Of a DNA stretch of 64,000 bases, positions 40,622 through 48,185 are shown one piece after another; the stretch's first letter is position 1; each line of letters begins with the position of its first letter. The notes beneath the pieces are model-generated. The model saw nothing but the letters and a program-made list of their open reading frames with translations, was not told the DNA's origin and did not search any database. The DNA is taken from IMG/VR virus record IMGVR_UViG_3300033273_000460, positions 1-64,000 of that record. One strand, given 5' to 3'. The stretch comes from a virus. Both the position numbers and the translations under genes were made by a program.

Positions 40622-41506
40622 ATGGCAATTGAGCAACAGACAATGACTAACAATTTAGACCAACCTGGTGGCAATCCACTGGGCAAATTTTTTAGGACGC
40701 CTGCAATACAATTGAGATTGCCTAGCGGAGGACGCTATTGGCCACCCGGCACACTTGATATGCCACAAACTGGCGAAATTCCAGTGTATTCAATGACTGC
40801 AAGAGATGAAATGATTTTCAACAATCCAGATGCTCTCATGAACGGACAAGCAGTGGTAGATGTGATACAAAGTTGTTGCCCAAATATAAAAAATGCATGG
40901 AGCATGCCCAGTGTTGATCTAGATGCAATACTTATTGCTATTCGTATTGCCAGTTTTGGTGAGAACATGGAGTTTAGGACTACTTGCCCTAGTTGTACTG
41001 AAGAAAATTCATTCGAACTTGATCTAAGACCAGTACTGGACAGTGTAAAGCAAGCACCACCATTTGACCAAGAATATGCTTATCAAGGGCTAACATTTAG
41101 TTTTAGACCACAAGACTACACCACAGTAAACATGGTCAATATTGAAACGTTTGAAAGTCAAAGATTGTTTAGTGTTGTAAATAATAGTGAATTACCCGAC
41201 GAAGAAAAACTAGAACGTGTAAATGAAATATTCAAAAAGATGACTGATTACACTGTGGGTATCATTGCAGGTGCCATTGAAAAAATTATTACACCAGACG
41301 GACAAGAAGTAACAAACAGTCAACACATTGACGAGTTTCTAAAAAATTGCGATCGTAAAACTTTTGATTGGGTACAAAAAAACATACAAGAACTAGGCAA
41401 ACAACAAGGCCTAAATGATGTAAATGTTAAATGTCCGGACTGCAATCATCAATATGAAATTCCATTAACATTTGATAACGCAAATTTTTTCGCATCAAGC
41501 TCTTAA
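40622..41506 (+). CDS. gp26: Baseplate hub / tail assembly chaperone, T4 gp26-like
   Basis: NPL..FFR.P...LPSGG, MTARDE, DLDAILIAIRIASFG, two CxxC motifs (CPSC, CPDC), C-terminal NFF. Confidence 0.7.
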   Translation: MAIEQQTMTNNLDQPGGNPLGKFFRTPAIQLRLPSGGRYWPPGTLDMPQTGEIPVYSMTARDEMIFNNPDALMNGQAVVDVIQSCCPNIKNAWSMPSVDLDAILIAIRIASFGENMEFRTTCPSCTEENSFELDLRPVLDSVKQAPPFDQEYAYQGLTFSFRPQDYTTVNMVNIETFESQRLFSVVNNSELPDEEKLERVNEIFKKMTDYTVGIIAGAIEKIITPDGQEVTNSQHIDEFLKNCDRKTFDWVQKNIQELGKQQGLNDVNVKCPDCNHQYEIPLTFDNANFFASSS

Positions 41507-41532
41507 CACTATCTAACGACCAGATTGTTGAG

Positions 41533-41721
41533 ATGCTGGAACAAATGGACACATCGGTCGCTAAACTTCGCAAAGAACTTCTGACCATGTGTTGGTACAT
41601 GCGAGGAGGATTAACCTATGAGGAAAGTGTTTTCCTTAGCCTAAATGACAGAATAGCCATTGGTGAAATCATTGAGAGCAATCTAGAAACTACCAAGAAG
41701 TCAAGTTTACCATTTTTCTAA
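41533..41721 (+). CDS. gp51-like small chaperone domain; probably also made as a -1 frameshift extension of the upstream ORF
   Basis: WYMRGGLTYEE...LS..DR..I; no obvious RBS; frame open back to the slippery site at 41482-41491. Confidence 0.65.
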   Translation: MLEQMDTSVAKLRKELLTMCWYMRGGLTYEESVFLSLNDRIAIGEIIESNLETTKKSSLPFF

Positions 41722-42140
41722 CAACTGTAACAAGTTGAGCTAACGCTCAACTAAAACTTTCGCTTTCGCTCAGTTTTATTTTTCTAATTTCTTTTAAAAG
41801 CGAAGCTAATTCATGTTTCGTTAGATAGTGGTCATACTTCTCCCGTTGCCGGGAGAAGCACGTCTAATTCATCTTTCGTTGAGTGAGAACGCATAATAGT
41901 TAACGGAAGTCTTACGACCGAGGCGGTTATCCTGTACCTCTTTACTCCTGCTTCATACAGCGGAATCAACACACACCGTAACTATCCAATGTGTGCCAAC
42001 TGCGGTTGCTTTTTCTCAGAGCCGCATCATTTAGCCTAAAGCGTGGCCATACTGTGTCCAAATGCGACAATGTCGGGGTGTCGCGCAACCTTCAAGTATT
42101 TGATAAGGGACTATATAGCCTTAGTTTAGCCTAAATGATT
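41720..42140 (-). ncRNA. Large structured non-coding RNA candidate; family not recognised
   Basis: Longest ORF-free stretch in the window. The minus strand gives about ten helices, a 14-bp stem with six G-U pairs, GCAA/GUAA/GAAA tetraloops and two loop-distal complementarities. Confidence 0.7.
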
Positions 42141-42548
42141 TTGTTCTTTGAGAATGCCTTTGCCGTGTACTCTTACACGGATGTGCCCATTGTAGTATTT
42201 GTCTGATTCTAATACTTTGTAATTGAACTGTTCTCTAGCTTCAATGTAAGATAACTCACTCTTGCTGTAACAATAAAAGAGTATCTCACGTTTGAAGTTG
42301 TCTTTGCCTAGTTGAGCTATATCTTCGTTGAGTTCGTCACTGGATCCATAATAGTCTCTCCAGTCACTTTCAACTTTGGTGCGCCTTCTATTCTTTTTGC
42401 CTTTTAGCGGTGGTTTAGATCTACTAAACTTTGCCAATTTTTTGCCTATGTATTGCCTATCATTGGTTGTGTTTGTTATGATATAAACAAACCCAACAAC
42501 ATCTTCTGGAAGTTCTTCAACTTCATTGCCTTGATATGTCCATGTCAT
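42126..42548 (-). CDS. Stand-alone GIY-YIG nuclease (catalytic domain only, 140 aa)
   Basis: GFVYIITN...YIGKK, YYGSS, FKREIL, conserved Glu (YIEAREQ), YYN; probable start ATG 42548. Confidence 0.85.
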   Translation of the reverse strand: MTWTYQGNEVEELPEDVVGFVYIITNTTNDRQYIGKKLAKFSRSKPPLKGKKNRRRTKVESDWRDYYGSSDELNEDIAQLGKDNFKREILFYCYSKSELSYIEAREQFNYKVLESDKYYNGHIRVRVHGKGILKEQNHLG

Positions 42549-42598
42549 GATATGCAATATAATTTAGCATACTTATCTAACAAGGACAACCTTTTTGA

Positions 42599-44353
42599 TC
42601 ACATCACTTCAATATCTGTGTCGTAGTGTGTAAACCCATTTTCTTTTACAACTTTGAGTATGTTGTTAACACGTCCAGCAAGTTCGTCCTTGTGTGAAAC
42701 AAGCCAAATGCTTTTGCTACGTTCACGAGCCATCTTCTTTAACACTGCAAGACTACTTTCAACACCACTTGCATCCATGCCACTGTCTATAAGTTCATCT
42801 ATGAACAACAGATTAATTGGATGATACAGACTTTCCCACACATCACGGAACGCCCAACTCAAGCTGAGTATAAGCCTGTTGCGTTCACCACGTGACAAGT
42901 TGTCAAAGTCCAAGTCTCTGCCTAGTTCTTGTATTTCAACACTGAGATCATTCTGGAATACCACACTGTGTGGCAATCCTACACTTTCCAAATATGCAGT
43001 AAGACGTCCGTTTAAGAACGCTAGGTTTTGATCTATGATGCGTTTTCGAATAAAACTGTCTTTGTTTGTGAGCAGTTTAAGCAAAAACTCTTGATGCTCT
43101 TTTACCCTAGTAAGTTCGTTAACAGTGTCCCAATTGATTGTTTGTACTGCTTGCTGTTCCATCTCTTCAATTTGTTCAAGGTATGGATCAGTATCACCCA
43201 GTCGTTGTTCCAGTTGATTGGCCAGTGTGTTCAGTGTGGTCTGATGATTGTATGCATCTTCAATTTTGTCATAGAACACTGTGGGTGCTACACCTAGTTC
43301 GCCTACGCCTGCAACTGTTTGTTCATAGTCTTTGCGTTTTGCATCATTGTCTGCAACTGTTTGTTGTGCTTCTGCAAGTTGCTGTTGTTTACTGTCAAGT
43401 ATGGCAGTTTGCTTTTCGTCATGCACATCTTGCCCACACGCATAGCACTTGTGTTCTTGCAACAGCACAATTTCATTTTCTAATTTATCAATTGTGCGTT
43501 TTTGTTTTGTATCATCTTGATCAATGCTGGCAATCCAACGTTGTGCTTCTTGTATTGTGCTTTGCTTTTCGTAAAACTCGTCAAGCAGTCTGTGATTTGT
43601 AAGTTCTGTGTCAATGTCAACATGTGCCATGTCTTCGATGCTTTTGGTCAGCTTACCAACATCTTCGTCACGTTTGGCAGTCCACAGCCGTTGACGTTTT
43701 TTGAGACTGTCAATTTGTTCTTCAATTTTGCTGTTTGCATCTTGCACTGCTTTGATGCGATACTCTTCTTCAGTTATTGCCTCTTTTGTGATGCGTGTTT
43801 GTTCTTTGAGTGTTTCTGCTTTTTCACTGAGCAGTGTTATACCCAACAACTGTTCAATGATAGCACGTTGATCATTGTTGCCTAAACTTAAAAATGGTTG
43901 TGTGTAAGTGTTGAGTGCTACAAGATGCTTGAACATTTCATGTGTCATGCCCAGCATGGTTTCTATAGCGCCTTGCGTTTCTCTGCTGTCGCCTTCTTGT
44001 AGCTCGTCATCACCTACTGCATATTTGAGTATGTTTGGTTTGCGTCCACGTTCAATACGATAGTGTACACCATTGTTTTCAAACTCAACTGTGACCAACA
44101 TACCTTTGCTGTTGGTTTTGTTGATTAGATTGTCGCGCTTGATGTTTGTTAGTGCATTGCCATACAGTGCGTAACTGAGTGCATTGATGATTGTGGTTTT
44201 GCCTGTGCCGTTTCTAGCACCACTGTCATCGCCACCTAAGTCTAAGTTTTCGCCTAACACCAATGTGAGGTCGTTGCGGTTGAAGTCAACTGCTTGTGTA
44301 GTGTTACCCACACTCATAAAGTTTTTTACTGTGAGAGTATTGAGTTTAAACAT
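42599..44353 (-). CDS. gp46: Recombination nuclease ATPase subunit (Rad50/SbcC-like)
   Basis: KNFMSVGN, Walker A NGTGKTT, CYAC zinc hook, LSRGE signature, LFIDE Walker B, VSH. Confidence 0.95.
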   Translation of the reverse strand: MFKLNTLTVKNFMSVGNTTQAVDFNRNDLTLVLGENLDLGGDDSGARNGTGKTTIINALSYALYGNALTNIKRDNLINKTNSKGMLVTVEFENNGVHYRIERGRKPNILKYAVGDDELQEGDSRETQGAIETMLGMTHEMFKHLVALNTYTQPFLSLGNNDQRAIIEQLLGITLLSEKAETLKEQTRITKEAITEEEYRIKAVQDANSKIEEQIDSLKKRQRLWTAKRDEDVGKLTKSIEDMAHVDIDTELTNHRLLDEFYEKQSTIQEAQRWIASIDQDDTKQKRTIDKLENEIVLLQEHKCYACGQDVHDEKQTAILDSKQQQLAEAQQTVADNDAKRKDYEQTVAGVGELGVAPTVFYDKIEDAYNHQTTLNTLANQLEQRLGDTDPYLEQIEEMEQQAVQTINWDTVNELTRVKEHQEFLLKLLTNKDSFIRKRIIDQNLAFLNGRLTAYLESVGLPHSVVFQNDLSVEIQELGRDLDFDNLSRGERNRLILSLSWAFRDVWESLYHPINLLFIDELIDSGMDASGVESSLAVLKKMARERSKSIWLVSHKDELAGRVNNILKVVKENGFTHYDTDIEVM

Positions 44354-44359
44354 GTGAAT

Positions 44360-44388
44360 ATTTTACTACTTCTTTGTGAATTTGTCTA
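44360..44388 (-). promoter_or_regulatory. sigma70-type promoter for gp46 (leaderless geometry)
   Basis: TAGACA, 17 nt, TAAAAT, 6 nt, ATG; no SD. Confidence 0.6.
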
Positions 44389-44392
44389 TAAA

Positions 44393-45061
44393 TCAACTCG
44401 TTTCGTTCCACAACTCTTTTATATGTTTTCCTATTGCTAAATGTTGTTCTTTGTTTGGGTGATTACCGCCGTGTTTACGATTAGCAATCCAGTAATCTGT
44501 GAAACCTTTATAATTTTTTTGATTTATTATTTCTTGCTCTAGTGTTTTTAAATTTGCAAACATTTCTTTGATATTGTTATCGTTAGTATTATGAAACCAT
44601 GGAAAAAGTATAAGATCTTGTGTGTAAATTTGTTGTTCAACACGATCTTGATTTAGCATCATCCAACGAATGTTGTTTTGATTAAACCAAGAAATTAATC
44701 GTAAGCATCTTAACCAATGTGTTCTTATACTTTCAAGTTGACAAAAATATTTCTTATAATAAGCATTTACAAATTTATCATCACTGTGTACACCGTGAAG
44801 TCCTCGAGGACCATAGTTTACATATTCTCTAGTATCTGCTTTGTATACACATTTTCTAATAGTGTTAGGCCATGCAACAATACAAGAATCAAATTTTGCA
44901 GTATTATAATAATAAGATTGTAAACTTATTTCTATGTGATCAATACTTTTGCCTGGTTTTGCTAAACTAATAACATTTTGGTCAACAACGTAAGGCCATG
45001 CATCCTTTGGATTATCTAATCCATCGCCGTGAGTGGTGCTACCGCCGTCAACAACTAACAT
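44393..45061 (-). CDS. SGNH/GDSL-like protein inserted between gp47 and gp46
   Basis: VDGGSTTHG, AWP, SLAKPGKS, C-terminal NHPNKEQH; visibly AT-rich. Confidence 0.55.
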   Translation of the reverse strand: MLVVDGGSTTHGDGLDNPKDAWPYVVDQNVISLAKPGKSIDHIEISLQSYYYNTAKFDSCIVAWPNTIRKCVYKADTREYVNYGPRGLHGVHSDDKFVNAYYKKYFCQLESIRTHWLRCLRLISWFNQNNIRWMMLNQDRVEQQIYTQDLILFPWFHNTNDNNIKEMFANLKTLEQEIINQKNYKGFTDYWIANRKHGGNHPNKEQHLAIGKHIKELWNETS

Positions 45062-46068
45062 TATAAGTTCCTATAGATATCTAGCATGAGATTGTTGTCG
45101 TATTGCGCACTATCTAGCTGTGTCAAGTGAGATGTTACAATACTATCAACACTCTCAAAGTTTAGTTCGCCTTCTACTGCAGTGCTGAGATCTAATTCTG
45201 CAGTTTGTGGTATGAGGCTTAGTTCACGCAACCGGTACTGCGGTATAAACTGTTCTTTGATAAAGTTTGCTTCTTCGTAACTGATGTCTACATCAATTTC
45301 TACTCTGCAGTACATGTTTGGTTGTAGCAATACATCTGTGTTTGTAAGTATGTCACCCAGTTTGTACTTGCGAAACTTAGGTGCATCTGGCCATGCATGA
45401 TATTCTTCTTTACCTCCCCACTCCATGATCATTACACCACGTTCATCATCGTGTGCATCTGCATAGTTGTGCGGAAATGCATTGCCAATGTAATTGATGT
45501 TTTTGTTTTGCTGACGTTTGTGAAAGTGTCCTGTAAACACACGTTCAGGTGCAACAAAGTCTTCACGTTTGAGTTCGCCATGGTCTGGCATTTGCACCAT
45601 TGCATTCATGTAAAAGTGTGGCAACTCAAAATGTCCAAACATGTATTGTGCATCCAGTTTGCTCACACGTTTGTATTCATCACCCACTAACCATGGCACA
45701 ACAGCAACATCTTCTACGACCTGCATGTCATTAAAGAAACGTATGTTGTCATACTTTTTCACCCACACAATGCTGTTTACATCACGTGTGTCTCTGTAGT
45801 GCTCGTCATGATTGCCAGGAATCATCACCACTTGATCAAATCCAGCACTGAGCGTATCAACTGCATTCACACTGTAATTGAGTGTGCTTACATTGACACT
45901 GGCTCTGTTGTGATGCCAGTCGCCAAGAAAAACACAAGTTTCGCACTTGTGTTTTTTGCCCATTTCAACAGCCCATTCAACAAAAGCAAGGCAGTCTTGG
46001 TTGTGCTGCCTGCTGTTTGACTTCATGCCAAAGTGAATGTCTGTGAAGAACAGTGCCTTCTTAAACAT
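45061..46068 (-). CDS. gp47: Recombination nuclease subunit (Mre11/SbcD-like)
   Basis: Phosphoesterase motifs TDIHFG, LGDWHH, PGNHD, GHFE, TGHFH; start may be ATG 46068 or 46074. Confidence 0.95.
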   Translation of the reverse strand: MFKKALFFTDIHFGMKSNSRQHNQDCLAFVEWAVEMGKKHKCETCVFLGDWHHNRASVNVSTLNYSVNAVDTLSAGFDQVVMIPGNHDEHYRDTRDVNSIVWVKKYDNIRFFNDMQVVEDVAVVPWLVGDEYKRVSKLDAQYMFGHFELPHFYMNAMVQMPDHGELKREDFVAPERVFTGHFHKRQQNKNINYIGNAFPHNYADAHDDERGVMIMEWGGKEEYHAWPDAPKFRKYKLGDILTNTDVLLQPNMYCRVEIDVDISYEEANFIKEQFIPQYRLRELSLIPQTAELDLSTAVEGELNFESVDSIVTSHLTQLDSAQYDNNLMLDIYRNL

Positions 46069-46074
46069 GCTCAT

Positions 46075-46103
46075 ATACTAACACCCTTGATTATAATTGT
46101 CAA
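46075..46103 (-). promoter_or_regulatory. sigma70-type promoter for gp47
   Basis: TTGACA (46103-46098), 17 nt, TAGTAT (46080-46075). Confidence 0.7.
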
Positions 46104-46919
46104 TTATTTTCTAGACACACTTTCTCGTGCAGCACTTTCATTGGCTGCCTGGCGTGTGTAACTAGGCATCATTCCATTTTGTTCTAGTATGTCATCTCGA
46201 ATGTTTTGGCCTTTCTTTTCAAGGTTTAACACACGGGTAAAACTGTTAGTGATGGCTGCTGTGTAATAGGCAAATGGATTTTGACTCTTAGATTCATCAA
46301 ACTGCAATCCAATTTGACTCAATTGTAACAGTGCAGCACTTTGCATTTCATCATTGTAGGTATATCCACGCCAGTTGCTTCTGCTGCCATAGCGTTCGCA
46401 TAACTTGATAAACATTCTAGCCAACTTGTTGGTCATTTGTCCTTGTTCTTTGGAGAAATATCCGTTTTCCATACCGCCAATCCAATGGCTTTTACCTACA
46501 CAAATCAGTTTGTCATTTTCATCAAAACGATAGTGTTGAAACGGCGGAAAGTTGCACTGTGTGTGATGATCCGCTACTGTCTTTGGATTCTTCTTGCGTC
46601 CTGGTTGTAGAGGAACATGATCAAATGTCATAATACGAAACACTAGGTCTGTTTTTTCTATCTTACGCCAATCAACTGCAAATTCTGCTTGTTTGACTTT
46701 TTTGTTTTCTAAACAGGCTGCTTCGTATGCTTCTTTTTGCAATCTATCTGCTCTGTTGCGTTTGGCTTGTGCAACTGTACGAATATTAATCTTGTCTAAA
46801 CTGGGCAGTATAATGTCAAATTGATGGTCTGTTTCAGATAAAAAACTTGAATAACTGTTTTTACTTTTGTGAATTTCTAATAGTAAATCTTTGTTATTGA
46901 GATACTTTCTAGGTCTCAT
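46104..46919 (-). CDS. gp55: Late-transcription sigma factor
   Basis: YLNNKDLL, NWRGYTYNDEM, FDESKSQNPFAYYT...NSF.R.L..EKK; upstream of gp47/gp46 as in T4. Confidence 0.88.
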   Translation of the reverse strand: MRPRKYLNNKDLLLEIHKSKNSYSSFLSETDHQFDIILPSLDKINIRTVAQAKRNRADRLQKEAYEAACLENKKVKQAEFAVDWRKIEKTDLVFRIMTFDHVPLQPGRKKNPKTVADHHTQCNFPPFQHYRFDENDKLICVGKSHWIGGMENGYFSKEQGQMTNKLARMFIKLCERYGSRSNWRGYTYNDEMQSAALLQLSQIGLQFDESKSQNPFAYYTAAITNSFTRVLNLEKKGQNIRDDILEQNGMMPSYTRQAANESAARESVSRK

Positions 46920-46950
46920 ATTATAAACGGTCCTTTAATTAACTACGCAC

Positions 46951-46978
46951 ATTATAGCATATATAAATACTTATGCAA
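46951..46978. promoter_or_regulatory. Back-to-back promoters: sigma70-type for gp55 (-) and late promoter for the baseplate operon (+)
   Basis: Minus TTGCAT, 16 nt, TGcTATAAT; plus TATAAATA at 46962-46969 lies inside that spacer. Confidence 0.65.
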
Positions 46979-46997
46979 GAAAAAAATAAGGAAAGTT

Positions 46998-47882
46998 ATG
47001 GCCAAGAATCAATTCAGTGCAGCGTCAATTGCAAGCCAAGCAGCCCAGGCAACAACCAATGGTGTTAGTGGTTTGACTAAAAACTTGCCTAAATCTATAG
47101 GCAACTTTAGTCCTAGTTTGCAAAGACTATACCAAAGTCAATTGTTTGGCAAAAACAATGGCAGTGTCAGCATCACTGATATACTCACAGATGTTGCTGC
47201 ACAGGTGCTGGTCAATACTTTTGATTTAAAAAACAACAGTCCAAGTGCTGTGAGTGCTCCTTATGCACCAGATCGTAGAGCAAAGCTCAGTTTAAGTCCG
47301 CAAAGTGGTCCTATACTATATAACGATAATGGTATTATTCTTGAACCATTACGAAACACCGGTGGAATGATATTTCCATACAATCCAACTATAAACGCAT
47401 CACACACTGCAGAATATGATGTTCAAAGTCTTGCTCACACAAACTATCAACAGTATAGTTACAATCGTAGCAGTGCAGATCAACTACAAGTTGTAGGCGA
47501 CTTCACTGCAGAAACACAAGAAGAAGGACGTTATTTGTTAGCGTGCATTCACTTTCTTAAGAGTGCTACAAAGATGTTTTATGGTCTTGACGACAACAGA
47601 GGCACACCACCTCCGGTGTTGAGATTCAGTGCATATGGTGAACAAATGTATCATAGTCTACCAGTTGTGGTTACAACCAGCACATTTGACTTTCCTAACA
47701 ACGTTGATTATATTGCTGTAGAACTGCCAGGTGGCGGTATCACTGATGTTCCTACACAAATGCAATTGAATATGTCACTAACTGTGATTCACAGCAGAAC
47801 ACGCACACTTGAATTTAGTTTAAAAGATTATGCTCAAGGCAGATTGATAGGTGATCCGTACGGTAAAGGAGGATTCATGTAA
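46998..47882 (+). CDS. Baseplate tube-initiator-like protein (gp48/gp54-type)
   Basis: GMIFPYNPTI, HFLKSATKMFYG, GTPPPVLRFSAYG, PVVV...FDFP.NVDY; first gene of the baseplate operon. Confidence 0.6.
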   Translation: MAKNQFSAASIASQAAQATTNGVSGLTKNLPKSIGNFSPSLQRLYQSQLFGKNNGSVSITDILTDVAAQVLVNTFDLKNNSPSAVSAPYAPDRRAKLSLSPQSGPILYNDNGIILEPLRNTGGMIFPYNPTINASHTAEYDVQSLAHTNYQQYSYNRSSADQLQVVGDFTAETQEEGRYLLACIHFLKSATKMFYGLDDNRGTPPPVLRFSAYGEQMYHSLPVVVTTSTFDFPNNVDYIAVELPGGGITDVPTQMQLNMSLTVIHSRTRTLEFSLKDYAQGRLIGDPYGKGGFM

Positions 47883-48184
47883 TGGCTGTAACATACTTGA
47901 TGGATAGTCCATATGCCAACACCGACTTTAAGAGTGACTATTTAGACATCCTGAATGTGAGAAACATACCTGCAGAAGTTGATGACACTTACCACACACT
48001 GACACTTGTTCATCAGTATAGACCAGACTTGTTGGCATTTGACTTGTATGGCAATCAAAACCTTTGGTGGGTATTTGCCTCACGCAATCCAAACACCATA
48101 AAAGATCCAATTTGGGATTTCAGAGAAGGACTACGTTTTTACATTCCTAAAAAGAGCAACGTCGAGCAAGCATTAGGACTATAA
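47882..48184 (+). CDS. gp53: Baseplate wedge LysM-like protein (gp53-like)
   Basis: YRPDLLAFDLYG...LWWVF...N...DPI.DF..G...YIP. Confidence 0.75.
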   Translation: MAVTYLMDSPYANTDFKSDYLDILNVRNIPAEVDDTYHTLTLVHQYRPDLLAFDLYGNQNLWWVFASRNPNTIKDPIWDFREGLRFYIPKKSNVEQALGL

Positions 48185-48185
48185 C

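Noticed and set aside
41806-41880. CRISPR or TIGR-like array
   Set aside because: Only two 17-nt repeats, the intervening sequence is a self-complementary hairpin, and no Cas or Nop-domain gene is in the window.
41720-42140. tRNA, tmRNA or RNase P RNA
   Set aside because: No T-loop GTTCRA with acceptor stem and CCA end, and no RNase P GAGGAAAGUCC-type signature seen on either strand.
41720-42548. Group I intron carrying a GIY-YIG homing endonuclease (AUAUAGUCC near 42115 resembles the S element)
   Set aside because: No interrupted host gene: gp46 ends with a normal C-terminus and the gene on the other side is convergent. I could not find P, Q and R elements in the right order. A cmscan would settle whether it is a derived form.
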